From: Candidatus Poribacteria bacterium | Lineage (GTDB): Bacteria > Poribacteria > WGA-4E > WGA-3G | Reading direction: 5' to 3' | NCBI GenBank assembly: GCA_963665235.2 | Contig: CAXXLX010000001.1 | Span: 3,744,001-3,808,000 of the forward strand | DNA length: 64,000 nt | Shown: positions 1 to 10,342 of the stretch, in pieces | How positions within the stretch are numbered: position 1 is the first letter of the stretch | How the letters are laid out: each line of letters begins with the position of its first letter | Position numbers and translations under genes: made by a program | Notes under the pieces: generated by a model | What the model saw: only the letters and a program-made list of their open reading frames with translations | Told to the model about the DNA's origin: nothing | Database searches by the model: none

Positions 1-207
1 CGCGAAATTGAGCATGAAAGTACTACCCCCTTTAATCCTGATGAACGGTTAGGACAAGGAGACAAAGGAAGCACAGCTGAATTCAATCTCCTTAACCGCT
101 ATAATCAGGCAATAGCAAGTGGTGTGTACATCTATCATGTTGAAGCAGTAGATGAGAGCAAGACTGCCATCGGAAACAAAATCGGGCGGTTTGCAATCAT
201 TAGATAA
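1..207 (+). CDS. 3' end of a protein with a T9SS C-terminal sorting / FlgD-Ig-like domain (partial at the window edge)
   Basis: Frame 1 reads ...FNLLNRYNQAIASGVYIYHVEA...IGRFAIIR* with no internal stop. This is a typical CTD ending, and it lies just upstream of a PorV-like gene. Confidence 0.7.
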   Translation, partial: REIEHESTTPFNPDERLGQGDKGSTAEFNLLNRYNQAIASGVYIYHVEAVDESKTAIGNKIGRFAIIR

Positions 208-233
208 AACGAACGCACTCGTAGGAAACAAAT

Positions 234-1370
234 ATGTATAATACTACTATTTTTGATGTGAATTTACAAAATGCTAGGACAGGGAAGAATATGCTGAACT
301 GCTATCCTTACCGTCTTCTACTCCTACTCTTAGCGGCTGTCATGTTCTTCCCGGCACTCGCGGGGTATGCTACCACGAATGTCGGCACCGCCGGGGCACA
401 ATTTCTCAAAATTGGACCGGGGGCGCGAGCGGACAGTTTAGGCGGCGCGTTCGGCGCAATCGCTAACGACGTTACCACAATCTATTGGAACCCAGCAGGG
501 TTAAGTCAAATTGAAAGCACAAGCTTTTCAGATACGCATACGGTATGGCTTGCAGATACACGATATAACTATCTTGCGTTTGCCACACCCATCGAAAAGG
601 TTGGCACCCTCGGTGCTAGCGTCACCTTTCTCAACGTGCCCGACACAGAAATCACAACCCTTGCCAAACCAGATGGCACCGGGCTGTGGTATTCAGCATG
701 GGATACAGCCGTGTCTTTAGCCTATTCCAGACAACTCTATGAAAAGGACTCTGGGGCAAAACTCTCATTTGGCATTAATGCCAAATATATTCACCAGCAA
801 ATTCATCGGGAAAGCGCAACAGGGTTCGCAATTGATGTCGGAACGTTATACCATACCGGCTGGCGGAGCTTACGTATCGGCATGGCTTTCTCAAACTTCG
901 GTCCTGAAATGCGTTTCAGCGGGCCCGATTTGGAAACAGGCGGTAAAGAGGGGGGCGATGAAAGAAACGCCGAGTATCGACCCTATCCAGATACCACAAA
1001 TCCAGCCCGAAAAGCGGAGTTGCAAACCGTCGAATACCCGTTACCTGTCAATTTTCGACTTGGTATCGCCTATGATCTGATGGATACAGACATCAACCGA
1101 CTCACCCTCGCTCTTGATGGAAATCATCCGAATGACAATAGCGAACGACTCAACCTCGGATTAGAATACTGGTACAAAAAACGTGCAGCAATCCGGGCAG
1201 GCTATAAACTCCGCCTCGGCCCCGACCGTAGTGACGATGAAGAAGGTATCACCCTCGGCGCGGGGATACACTTAAAGATTCGTGAAATGCAAGTGTCTCT
1301 CGATTACGCTGTCGCCAATTTTCAATACCTACAACATGCACAGCGCGTCAGTTTGGGACTAACGTTCTAA
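234..1370 (+). CDS. PorV/PorQ-family outer-membrane beta-barrel protein (true start probably 291)
   Basis: Signal peptide; FLKIGPGARADSLGGA and IYWNPAGL motifs; C-terminal Phe (SLGLTF). Confidence 0.8.
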   Translation: MYNTTIFDVNLQNARTGKNMLNCYPYRLLLLLLAAVMFFPALAGYATTNVGTAGAQFLKIGPGARADSLGGAFGAIANDVTTIYWNPAGLSQIESTSFSDTHTVWLADTRYNYLAFATPIEKVGTLGASVTFLNVPDTEITTLAKPDGTGLWYSAWDTAVSLAYSRQLYEKDSGAKLSFGINAKYIHQQIHRESATGFAIDVGTLYHTGWRSLRIGMAFSNFGPEMRFSGPDLETGGKEGGDERNAEYRPYPDTTNPARKAELQTVEYPLPVNFRLGIAYDLMDTDINRLTLALDGNHPNDNSERLNLGLEYWYKKRAAIRAGYKLRLGPDRSDDEEGITLGAGIHLKIREMQVSLDYAVANFQYLQHAQRVSLGLTF

Positions 1371-1408
1371 GAAACGTAACAACGAAAAAATCTATAGGAG
1401 GGTATTTC

Positions 1409-1633
1409 ATGGAAACCCATACCTTTACGGCGAGCATCTCCCAGGAAGGCAATTGGTTCGTTGCAAAATGTTTGGAGGTAGATATTGCCAGCCAAGGGAA
1501 AAGTGAAGACGAAGCGATTGACAATCTCAGAGGGGCGTTAGAACTCTATTTCGAGCTACCCCGTCCAGTAACCATGCCGAAGCTACGCAAATTTGAGGCT
1601 GAAATATTAGCCCACGAACCCGCTTCGTTTTAA
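1409..1633 (+). CDS. HicB-family antitoxin
   Basis: WFVAKCLEVDIASQGKSEDEAIDNLRGALELYFE is a HicB pattern; SD AGGAGG upstream. Confidence 0.85.
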   Translation: METHTFTASISQEGNWFVAKCLEVDIASQGKSEDEAIDNLRGALELYFELPRPVTMPKLRKFEAEILAHEPASF

Positions 1634-1896
1634 ACGCACGGGGCCGCTTTTGTAGTTGCGGAAGGCAACTTAGGATAGAATAACGTGAGTTTGGAAAAAG
1701 TTTTCTTTAGTCCAGTATGGACGATATGTTTATAGAAGCACACAACCCCACAACTCTTAGCCCAGTATGGGCGGTATGTTTATAGCATTATGGTTGTTGG
1801 AAACCTATAGCAAGAGGAAAAGAACTCTGAAGCGCGTCAGAGACCTCTTTCTCTTGCCAACGGTTTCCAATAGTCGAATACGAAAAGGAGCTAGAC

Positions 1897-2949
1897 ATGC
1901 AAACAGCGAATGAAGGACGAACTCACAATTTTGAACCGTTCCGTGTCGGATTTCTGAACGTTTCATCTTACTCACACATGCCGTTGTGGGCCCCAAACAT
2001 CAACCCACGCCCCGGCCAGCAGGATACACCGTTCACCGGAATGCGAATCACCCATTGCTGGGATATTGAATATGAGAAAGCAGAAGGGGTCGCCGCACTC
2101 TACGGCTGCGAAGTTGTCAAGAACTTTGATGACATGTTAGGAAAAGTAGATGGCATCATATCAGGCGGATACTATAACCACCCTTGGAACCATATCCTCC
2201 ATGAACCTTATATTGAGGCGGGGTTGCCGAATTTGATTAACCGTCCGTTTACAAATTCCCTCGCCAAAGCGCGGAAAATGATTGACCTCGCACAAAAACA
2301 CGGCGCGACTCTCATCGTCCCCTCAAGTCATGAGCATAACGACGCTATCTCACGAGCGAAGGCATGGGCAACCGATAAACAAATTGTCTGTTACACAGCA
2401 ACCAATTCGTTCGACGACTATCCCACACACGGCATCCACGGGGTTTATATGGTCTGCAAAGCAATTGCTGAAGCGGGAAATCCGGTCGTGTCCGTTGCGT
2501 ATCAAGCGGACAGCTGGCATAGTCCCCCCGGGGTAATAACCTTTGAACACCTCAATAGCGGTGGACATCAATTCTACGGGACACTTCATCAGGTGAGCGG
2601 TTCATGGGGCACGGTACAGATTCATACGCAGGCTGCTTACGGTGGCGAGAACTTTAGAATTCACACAGGCACAGGCTATCCTTTCGATAAGACAGAAATC
2701 TGGATGCCGACGATTTGGGCATTCCAGAACATGGCACTGCACGACGATATGTCACAAACCTTTGAGCAGATTTGGCATAAGACGAACGTCTTTCTTGCGG
2801 GATGGAAATCAATTTTAGAAAACGGTGGTAATCCTGTGAAATTGATAGATGTTCCCGAAGACTGGGAGTCACCTGCCGAACTACCGAATCACCCCGAGCA
2901 CGATACGGTATCCCTGTTTCGGAAAAGGTTTGGGGACGGTTCAGTATAA
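1897..2949 (+). CDS. Gfo/Idh/MocA-like oxidoreductase (divergent)
   Basis: N-terminal Rossmann-like region; INRPF at the position of the usual EKP motif; HGIH motif. Confidence 0.6.
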   Translation: MQTANEGRTHNFEPFRVGFLNVSSYSHMPLWAPNINPRPGQQDTPFTGMRITHCWDIEYEKAEGVAALYGCEVVKNFDDMLGKVDGIISGGYYNHPWNHILHEPYIEAGLPNLINRPFTNSLAKARKMIDLAQKHGATLIVPSSHEHNDAISRAKAWATDKQIVCYTATNSFDDYPTHGIHGVYMVCKAIAEAGNPVVSVAYQADSWHSPPGVITFEHLNSGGHQFYGTLHQVSGSWGTVQIHTQAAYGGENFRIHTGTGYPFDKTEIWMPTIWAFQNMALHDDMSQTFEQIWHKTNVFLAGWKSILENGGNPVKLIDVPEDWESPAELPNHPEHDTVSLFRKRFGDGSV

Positions 2950-3042
2950 ATAACTTAATTTGATGGCGTAGTTGATGCGGTCTAGGCACTAAGGGCCCAC
3001 AACGGGTTCTTGTGAGCGTGTTTCGAGCTGCCGCTGCAACGT

Positions 3043-3417
3043 TTAGATCTGTTTTCGCATCACTTCCATCTGTTTGTTCTGGGCTTCAATCTTTTCATCT
3101 TGGGCGCGCACGTCTTTCCGCTGTAATGCAACGAGGATTTGGGGAATTCCAACGACAACTACAATGAACGCGATTAAAGCGATTACCAGGGCAAAAATCT
3201 GGTTCAAACGTTTGTCCATCTCCGAAATTGTGACATTGACGGTTTTAATTTCCTGAGAGACATAATCCTTTATCCTTGTCTCGGATGCCGCAACTGCCGA
3301 CTCAACTTCCTCTTTGACCATCAAACGAAGATTGTTAATATCTGTTGGAGTGAGGTCGCTAAACGCAGGCGCGATAAAGAGAAAAGGTACTGCGATCAAA
3401 ATCATGATTAATTTCAT
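3043..3417 (-). CDS. Small exported/membrane coiled-coil hypothetical protein, probably truncated by a premature stop
   Basis: SD AAGGAG before ATG at 3417; signal peptide, coiled coil and one TM segment; in-frame sequence continues past the TAA to 2989. Confidence 0.65.
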   Translation of the reverse strand: MKLIMILIAVPFLFIAPAFSDLTPTDINNLRLMVKEEVESAVAASETRIKDYVSQEIKTVNVTISEMDKRLNQIFALVIALIAFIVVVVGIPQILVALQRKDVRAQDEKIEAQNKQMEVMRKQI

Positions 3418-3610
3418 CTTTCTCTCCTTTAAGGTGATAATTGTTTCCCTATTTTTCCCAAGAATCCTCAAGTAGCGTTTACCATGATTTGGTATTGTGG
3501 TGTTTTCACAATACAATTCTAACAAATATTGATGATAAATGCAATCCGAAAATGTGAGAGTCTACGTCCTTAAGCACAGCACAACATCTTACAAAAAGTT
3601 GGGGGAGCTG

Positions 3611-4501
3611 CTATTTAGCCGCAAATTCCCGATTCCAGTCATGATGCGATTTCGCGACGCGCTCCGGATTTTTTCGGCTGCGAGCGATAAACCCCGGCAC
3701 ATGCGCACGCCCGGTCGGCAACCCAATTTGACTGTAGCGCGTATCAACGCTCCAACGCACCGTGCGTCCACGGTTCGGCAGCCCACGGTGAACAACCCGT
3801 TCACTCGTCAGCAAAAAATCCCCGACATCAAGCTCGGCAGTAACAATATCACCGGGGGGTAATTCTGTTTCACTGATACCCAAACTGCCAGTATGACCGG
3901 GGGTCTGCACCTGCGGACTATGTTTAATAAGGTTGAAACGGTGTGAGCCCCGGATGACTTGCATACACCCGCTTTCCTCGGTCGCTTTAACCAGTGGAAT
4001 CCAGACGTTTACAACGAGCGTCCTGCCAGCCTCTTCGGGGATAAGATATGCCAAATCCTGGTGCCATGGGATAACGGTAATATCCTGATTAGGCAATTTG
4101 GCGCGATAATTAAACTGCGGGTGCGCGAAAATCTCCTCACCGATAAGCGATGCCACAGTGTCCAACAGTGCGGGGGCAGTTCTGAGCGTGAACATGCCAG
4201 CAGTTCGGATTTTCTGGTCCCGAAAAGCGTGCCGCCAAATCCAGTTCCGGTCAGAACACGCCTCGGATACCATCGCCAACCGTGTTTCAAACGGTTCAGC
4301 ATCGTATGTTTTCGAGGGGTCAAGGATGCCGTGTTCAACCGCAGCTCGCGTACCATCGTCAACCCGTTGCGTGAGTTCATCAATTAGGGGTTGCAGTGCC
4401 TGATTTGGGAGCAGGTTTCGGACGAACAGAAAACCGTCGTCATGAAATTGCTGCTGTTGTTGCGGGGTAAGTGCTGTTTCCGAATTGTGTTGTGTAGCCA
4501 T
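3611..4501 (-). CDS. Phytanoyl-CoA dioxygenase (PhyH) family protein
   Basis: WHQD...VWIPL...GSH...HRG Fe(II)/2OG motifs. Confidence 0.9.
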   Translation of the reverse strand: MATQHNSETALTPQQQQQFHDDGFLFVRNLLPNQALQPLIDELTQRVDDGTRAAVEHGILDPSKTYDAEPFETRLAMVSEACSDRNWIWRHAFRDQKIRTAGMFTLRTAPALLDTVASLIGEEIFAHPQFNYRAKLPNQDITVIPWHQDLAYLIPEEAGRTLVVNVWIPLVKATEESGCMQVIRGSHRFNLIKHSPQVQTPGHTGSLGISETELPPGDIVTAELDVGDFLLTSERVVHRGLPNRGRTVRWSVDTRYSQIGLPTGRAHVPGFIARSRKNPERVAKSHHDWNREFAAK

Positions 4502-4523
4502 TGTGTCCCTCCATCGCGTGCCT

Positions 4524-5267
4524 TTACAAAATAGGTGTGAGTAGAGAAGCTGAGCCCGCGTCCAAGAACACCGAGCAGTCCGGGTGATTTTGCAAAATAG
4601 AGGCGGGATGCATCGGTGTTATCTCACCTGTCAAGCAGTTTTTGACAGCCGCCGCCTTTCGTTCATCGGGGACCGTGCAAATAATCGCCTTTGCCTTCAT
4701 AATCTGCTGGATGGACATAGAGATAGCATGCGTCGGCACCTCAGCTAATCCGCTGAACCATCCTTCGCCGACCTGTTGTAACCGACAGGCTTCATCTAAT
4801 TCAACAACGATATAGGATGCGTCAGTTTCAAAATCGGCGGGTGGGTCGTTGAAAGCGAGGTGTCCATTTTCGCCTATGCCGACAAACGCCACATCAATCG
4901 GATGTTGCGCGATAATCCGATTTAACCGTTCGCATTCGGCTTGCGGGTCGTCCGTTTCACCTCTCAAAAAATGCACCGTCCCCGGTTGTACGACATCCAC
5001 CAATCGCTCCTGTAAATATTTGCGAAAGCTAGCGGGATGTGTCTCTGAAAGTCCGATGTACTCGTCCAGATGGAACATTGTCGTTTTTGCCCAGTCAATA
5101 GCGGTGTCAGCGGTAAGTGCATTGAGAAAATCGAATTGCGATGCCCCCGTTGCAACAATGAAATTGGCGTGCCCGTTTGCGGAGATAGCCTCTCGGAGTT
5201 TTACGCTTGCAGCATGTGCTGCAGCTTCACTGGTTTCCTGCTTTGTTGCTGCTTTATAAATATTCAT
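4524..5267 (-). CDS. nagB: Glucosamine-6-phosphate deaminase family protein
   Basis: ATGASQ, FHLDEY and [13 protein letters not shown] motifs; ATG at 5267 overlaps the upstream stop (ATGA). Confidence 0.85.
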   Translation of the reverse strand: MNIYKAATKQETSEAAAHAASVKLREAISANGHANFIVATGASQFDFLNALTADTAIDWAKTTMFHLDEYIGLSETHPASFRKYLQERLVDVVQPGTVHFLRGETDDPQAECERLNRIIAQHPIDVAFVGIGENGHLAFNDPPADFETDASYIVVELDEACRLQQVGEGWFSGLAEVPTHAISMSIQQIMKAKAIICTVPDERKAAAVKNCLTGEITPMHPASILQNHPDCSVFLDAGSASLLTPIL

Positions 5268-5908
5268 GTGCTTAAGATCTTTGCAAAATCCCGTTTCCAA
5301 CTCGGTGTGAGGGCGGGTAGTTTTCGTGCTTGTGTAATTTTGTCGCGGTTCGTTCTATCGAAATAACGTAGGTTAATTATGTCTGTAACGCTCATCCGTT
5401 CAGGTGAAACCTCAACACGTTCAATTGCATCGCCGGCGGTGATTTTTCCTTCGGCAAGCACTCGGAAGTAGAAACCGACGCGTCTGCTCTCCAAAAACTG
5501 TTTCGGAAATTCGGGCAGTCCCATTTTATGTCCCAATTTGAAACAAGGTATACGCGGTTGTGTGATTTGAAGTTTCACTGTCGTGCCTACCTGAAAGACA
5601 TCCCCTATATGAACTTCGTGCTCTAGCATACCTTCAACGGTGAGGTTTTCGCCAAATTGTCCGGGGGTCAAATCATCTCTATCCAATTCCTGCTGCCAGT
5701 AGGTGTAATGTTCGCCCGGATAGCCGTAGACAGCTTTATAGGTACCGCCATGCACCTTTAGGTCACCCTGTCCATCGCCATCAATGTTGTGCTCTCTGAG
5801 CATAACGGTGCCTGATACCGGGAGCTTGAAAATCCCGGTTTGGATAGTTTTTCCTTCGTGTTGAATCGGTTTCGGTTTCGAGACGTTTATAGATAAGAGC
5901 TTCATCAT
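5264..5908 (-). CDS. MOSC domain protein (YiiM-like)
   Basis: [22 protein letters not shown] and GFYFRVL motifs plus a 3-alpha tail. Confidence 0.9.
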   Translation of the reverse strand: MMKLLSINVSKPKPIQHEGKTIQTGIFKLPVSGTVMLREHNIDGDGQGDLKVHGGTYKAVYGYPGEHYTYWQQELDRDDLTPGQFGENLTVEGMLEHEVHIGDVFQVGTTVKLQITQPRIPCFKLGHKMGLPEFPKQFLESRRVGFYFRVLAEGKITAGDAIERVEVSPERMSVTDIINLRYFDRTNRDKITQARKLPALTPSWKRDFAKILST

Positions 5909-5930
5909 GACTTTTCTAGCTTTACACCCC

Positions 5931-6368
5931 CTATATATTTTCCCAGTCTATGTCCGCAAGCGTCTCTGCTATGACAGCTTGTTCATGAATCGCATCAAGC
6001 CGAGATAAACTACGTATCGCATTGATTTTGCGGACAAGGCTATCAGGAACATCGTCAAAGCGCAGCTCAAGAACTCTCAGGGTATTCTTCCGTTGCACAC
6101 GCATCTCCCCGCGTCTTTCACCGCGTCTTTCACCGCGTGCCTCCCCTTGTTGGAAAGACTGTTCAATTATGGATTGTGGCATCTCTCTTGCCTCCTTTAG
6201 TTGGTTGCAATCAATCCGTGCGACGATATTTTCATCGGCAATCTCCAAAAGCCCTTTCACGTTATCGGGCTCTTCAAGGAGCTGTCGGATGCTTCTATCT
6301 GCAAATTGTGCAATCGGGACATTGTAGTAAGAGAACGTATCCGTTTCGCTATTTTTCATAGTTCCCAC
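5931..6368 (-). pseudogene. Internally deleted Rpn/DUF4351-like gene that retains its small C-terminal domain
   Basis: The Rpn-like N-terminus is joined directly to KEAREMPQSIIEQ...GERRGE...LELRFDDVP; the nuclease core is missing. Confidence 0.7.
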
Positions 6369-6485
6369 CTTTGTAAGTAAGTTTGGTTCCAGATGTTTTA
6401 ATCATTATAACAAAATTCACATCATAAGTCAAATATAACCAAGGGAAATCCGAGTGCGTAAAATTTTTGTCCAAATACTCTTCTG

Positions 6486-6925
6486 TAGGAATGTGCTGGG
6501 CACGCGAGACTCTTCCGTAGGAGCGTGCTGGGCACGCGATTTTCTAAGGCAACTTGTGGGAAACAGTAAGCTCTTAGCCCCAGCGGGGCGGTATGTTTAT
6601 AGCGTCACACAACCCCCCTCTCTTAGCCCCAGCGGGGCGGTATGTTTATAGAAGCAGGGGTATCTGCCTCTCCCCAAATAGGACAACCCTAAGCAAAAAA
6701 CCTCGATTGTTACGCAGTTTAAAATCCGCGAAATCCGTGTAATCCGCGATTCCGACACACACAACACCACTTAATCCCAACACCTTGATGCCCATACATT
6801 GGACACTCCGTGCCTTCCGTGTCCTCTGTGTCCTCCGCGATTCTGACAACACACGCGAAATCCATCTTTCCACTCTTCCACTCTTCCACTCTTCCACCCT
6901 TCCACCCTTCCACCCTTCCCTCTAT
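6486..6925. repeat. Intergenic repeat cluster: two GTAGGA-REP copies, two family-A hairpins, 9-mer repeats and an (TTCCACYC)x6 tandem
   Basis: gtaggagcgtgctgggcacgcga-like units near 6486 and 6517; agccccagcggggcggtatgtttata twice; 8-mer tandem at 6868-6915. Confidence 0.85.
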
Positions 6926-7026
6926 CATAGTCCAAAAACTTTACACACCCGAAATTCCCACGCGATTTGCGAAAATCCGGTATTTCTGATAAAATATCAT
7001 ACAATTGACAACTAAGGAGAAATAGT

Positions 7027-7881
7027 ATGACGAACAGTCCAATTCTCAAAGGCGAACCCTTCAGCCCCGAGAAAACAGCACAGATAGCACAACAATTTTT
7101 CCAAGATGGATTTGTCCATATTCCAGGGGTGTTGACGAACGCAGAGGTTATCGCGCTTCGCGAGAAAACCGATGAACTCTTCGCTGACCCACAGTTAGCA
7201 GACAGAACAAATCCAGACTTGGCAGATGTCCGGTATATCCAAATGACAACACACCCAGAATCGGGTGAACAACTCCCGTTTATTTTGCGGAATACCATTG
7301 AACTCGATCCGCTCTTTCGGGATATGCTGCTTCGTGAACCGATTTTGAGTTTGGCAGAGGCGATAGTCGGTAAGAATTGCAAATTTTGTGGACAGAATGT
7401 CCTCCGAAATCTGCCCGGCCTCTCCATTAGCAATTGGCACGTAGACGGTTCGGTGCATTTTCCTGTGACCGATGAAATGCCACGGCACGACCCACGTTTA
7501 CGGATGCCTGTGATGTGGTTCACAGTTCAGATGGCATTGACCGATATCGATTCAATTGCGGAGGGGCCGACACAATATGTACGCAGGAGTCATTATTCCG
7601 GTAGGCACCCGAACGAGCAGGAAAATCCGGAATTTGAGGGAAATAAGCCGGTCTCTATTTTATGCAAAGCGGGTGATATCTATTTACAAGACCCGCAGTG
7701 TTGGCACCGCGGTGCCCCGAACCTTTCCAACAAAACCCGTTATATTTTGCAGTCACAATATGCGGCGTATTGGGCGTATTGGCGGTTTAGTCTCTGTAAC
7801 AGCGTGCCTGTCCCAAACGACGCGCTTGAAAATGCAAGTGAGCGGTTGCTGACTCTGTTGGGACGTAGTAGACCAAATTAA
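7027..7881 (+). CDS. PhyH family dioxygenase
   Basis: WHVD and WHRGAPN motifs. Confidence 0.9.
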   Translation: MTNSPILKGEPFSPEKTAQIAQQFFQDGFVHIPGVLTNAEVIALREKTDELFADPQLADRTNPDLADVRYIQMTTHPESGEQLPFILRNTIELDPLFRDMLLREPILSLAEAIVGKNCKFCGQNVLRNLPGLSISNWHVDGSVHFPVTDEMPRHDPRLRMPVMWFTVQMALTDIDSIAEGPTQYVRRSHYSGRHPNEQENPEFEGNKPVSILCKAGDIYLQDPQCWHRGAPNLSNKTRYILQSQYAAYWAYWRFSLCNSVPVPNDALENASERLLTLLGRSRPN

Positions 7882-7889
7882 GGATAAAC

Positions 7890-9290
7890 ATGTCAGAAAC
7901 ACCTCTTTACTTCAAAACAATTACCGAAATTAGCGAACTATTTGCTGCAAAGCAGCTATCACCTGTAGAGGTGACAGCTGCTATGTTGCAGCGGATTGAA
8001 ATGCTTGACGAACGATTGAAGAGCTACGCCACAGTCATGGCTGACCACGCGATGGCCGCTGCACAGAAGGCAGAACAGGAGCTCGGTGCGGGAGTGTGCC
8101 GAAGCCCACTGCACGGTGTCCCGATTGCAGTGAAAGACCTCTGCTTTACAAAGGGGGTCCGCACGATGGGGGGCGCGAAGGTGCTAAAAAACCACGTCCC
8201 CGACTTCGACAGCACAGTTGTGCAAAAACTACAATCGGCAGGGGCAGTGCTGCTCGGCAAACTCAACCTAACAGAAGGGGCAATGGGCGGTTATAACCCG
8301 GAATTCGACATTCCGATAAACCCGTGGAACCCCGAACGGTGGACAGGCTCATCTTCAAGCGGGTCCGGCGTTGCAACAGCTGCAGGATTATGTTCAGGTT
8401 CAATCGGCAGCGACACAGGCGGTTCAATTCGGTTTCCCTCGGCCGCGTGCGGCATCGTTGGATTGAAACCGACATGGGGAAGAGTCAGCAGATACGGTGT
8501 ACTTGCACTCGCCGAATCCATGGACCACGTCGGTCCCATGACTCGCAGTGTAGCAGACGCGGCGATTATGCTTGAGACTATCGCCGGCTGTGACCCCAAC
8601 GACCCAACCTCTCTGCCGGAGCCTGTACCGGCGATGCTTGATGGGATGACGCAGAATATCAAAGGGGTGAAAATCGGGTTCGATGAAAATTACACAACGA
8701 AAGACGTTGACCCCGAACTTGCTGAAGCCGTGTGTGCTGGCGTAGAATTATTACAAGAATTGGGAGCTGATATCGTCCCGGTGCAATTGCCGGATATGGA
8801 TGAATACGTGTTAGCATGGCCGACAATCTGTTCAGCCGAAGCGGTGGCAGCGCATGCTGCAACTTACCCCTCACAACGAGATGCTTACGGCCCTTGGTTT
8901 CAAGGATGGCTTGATATGGGAGCACAAGTGACAGGAGCCGGGTATGTTGAAGCGAACAAATTACGCGCTGCCTGCACAGGACACCTCCGACGCGTTTTTC
9001 AAGACATTGACGTGTTGGTATGTCCATCAATGTCTGCCCCCCCGCATATCGTTACGCCAGAAGTGTTATACGGTCCGAAGGAGACCAGACCTGCAAGGTT
9101 TCAACGGTTCACGGCACCGTTTGATTACAACGGCGCGCCGACGCTCTCTGTGCCGTGCGGTCTAAACAGCGAAGGCTTACCGTTGAGCATTCAGTTTGTC
9201 GGAAAACATCTATCTGAACCGCTGTTATGTCAAGTCGGTCACGCCTACGAAAGCGCGACGGAGTGGCATCAGCTTCATCCGGTGATTTAG
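7890..9290 (+). CDS. Amidase-signature family enzyme
   Basis: VKD, GSSSGS and GSDTGGSIR (Lys-cisSer-Ser triad). Confidence 0.93.
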   Translation: MSETPLYFKTITEISELFAAKQLSPVEVTAAMLQRIEMLDERLKSYATVMADHAMAAAQKAEQELGAGVCRSPLHGVPIAVKDLCFTKGVRTMGGAKVLKNHVPDFDSTVVQKLQSAGAVLLGKLNLTEGAMGGYNPEFDIPINPWNPERWTGSSSSGSGVATAAGLCSGSIGSDTGGSIRFPSAACGIVGLKPTWGRVSRYGVLALAESMDHVGPMTRSVADAAIMLETIAGCDPNDPTSLPEPVPAMLDGMTQNIKGVKIGFDENYTTKDVDPELAEAVCAGVELLQELGADIVPVQLPDMDEYVLAWPTICSAEAVAAHAATYPSQRDAYGPWFQGWLDMGAQVTGAGYVEANKLRAACTGHLRRVFQDIDVLVCPSMSAPPHIVTPEVLYGPKETRPARFQRFTAPFDYNGAPTLSVPCGLNSEGLPLSIQFVGKHLSEPLLCQVGHAYESATEWHQLHPVI

Positions 9291-9358
9291 CCATTAGCCA
9301 TTAGCAATTAGCAAGAGGTTGTGATTCTAAGCACAGAAACTTTACACAAATCGCCCAA

Positions 9359-10303
9359 TTACTGCAAGTGGTAACCGTCCTTCGCGACGCGAATGCTATA
9401 GAGCCCACCACCCGCTGTGATATAGAGCGTTTTCCGCAATTCGCCCCGGCCGAAGGCAACATTGGTTGGCAATTCCGGCGTCTCAATATACGCCAATTCT
9501 GTTCCATCGGGGGAATAGACACATATACCGAATCGGGTTTTGTCGCGAACAGCAACGTAGAGATTGCCTTCTGCATCAACTTCAAATCCATCTGGACCGT
9601 GTTCCGGAGCGTAATCTACAAGTGTTTTACGGAAGGTTGCGGTGCCATCAGGTGTCAAATCGTACGCGAGAAGTGCCATCCGTCCAACATGGGTTGGCAA
9701 CTCCTCCGGCATTGCCCGAAACGAACCGCTATCGTTGCTCCCAACATATAACGTTTCCTGATCAGGTGAAACCGCTATTCCGTTCGGTTTGCCGGAATCC
9801 GCAATTATCAGATGAACGGAACCGTCCGCATCGATGCGATAAACCCCCATAACCGGTTGCTCTACAGGCTCATGGCCAACGTACCGGGGGTCAGTAAAAT
9901 AGATGCGTCCCTGTTCATCAATTGTGAGGTCGTTCGGTGAATTGAAAGGTCTCCCTTCATATAGACCAGCAATAATATCGCTTTTACCTGTTTCCATATC
10001 GGTTCGCGTGATACGCTGTCCTCCGAAATCTGCCCCTTCCGCGATAACCAAACGGCCTTGGGCATCAAATTTCATCCCGTTTGACATTCCGCTTGGCGAG
10101 CGAAAGACAGTGGTTTCCCCTGTTTCAGGGTCATATCGCATAATATGTCCGGCTTGCATATCGGCTTCGTGTGTAAAGGTGATGTCGCTGAAATAGACTG
10201 TCCCATCTGGGGCGACAGTTGGCCCCTCAGTGAAATGAGCGTCGTTGAATAAAACCTCAAGCTCAGGGTTACGAGGCAGAATTTCTTCTACTGAATTTGG
10301 CAT
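9359..10303 (-). CDS. SMP-30/gluconolactonase/LRE family protein
   Basis: FTEGP, SNG, NSPND, PNG and PDG motifs. Confidence 0.92.
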   Translation of the reverse strand: MPNSVEEILPRNPELEVLFNDAHFTEGPTVAPDGTVYFSDITFTHEADMQAGHIMRYDPETGETTVFRSPSGMSNGMKFDAQGRLVIAEGADFGGQRITRTDMETGKSDIIAGLYEGRPFNSPNDLTIDEQGRIYFTDPRYVGHEPVEQPVMGVYRIDADGSVHLIIADSGKPNGIAVSPDQETLYVGSNDSGSFRAMPEELPTHVGRMALLAYDLTPDGTATFRKTLVDYAPEHGPDGFEVDAEGNLYVAVRDKTRFGICVYSPDGTELAYIETPELPTNVAFGRGELRKTLYITAGGGLYSIRVAKDGYHLQ

Positions 10304-10342
10304 ATTTAGCTCCTTTTGAAAAGATTTTTGTATATAGTCAAC

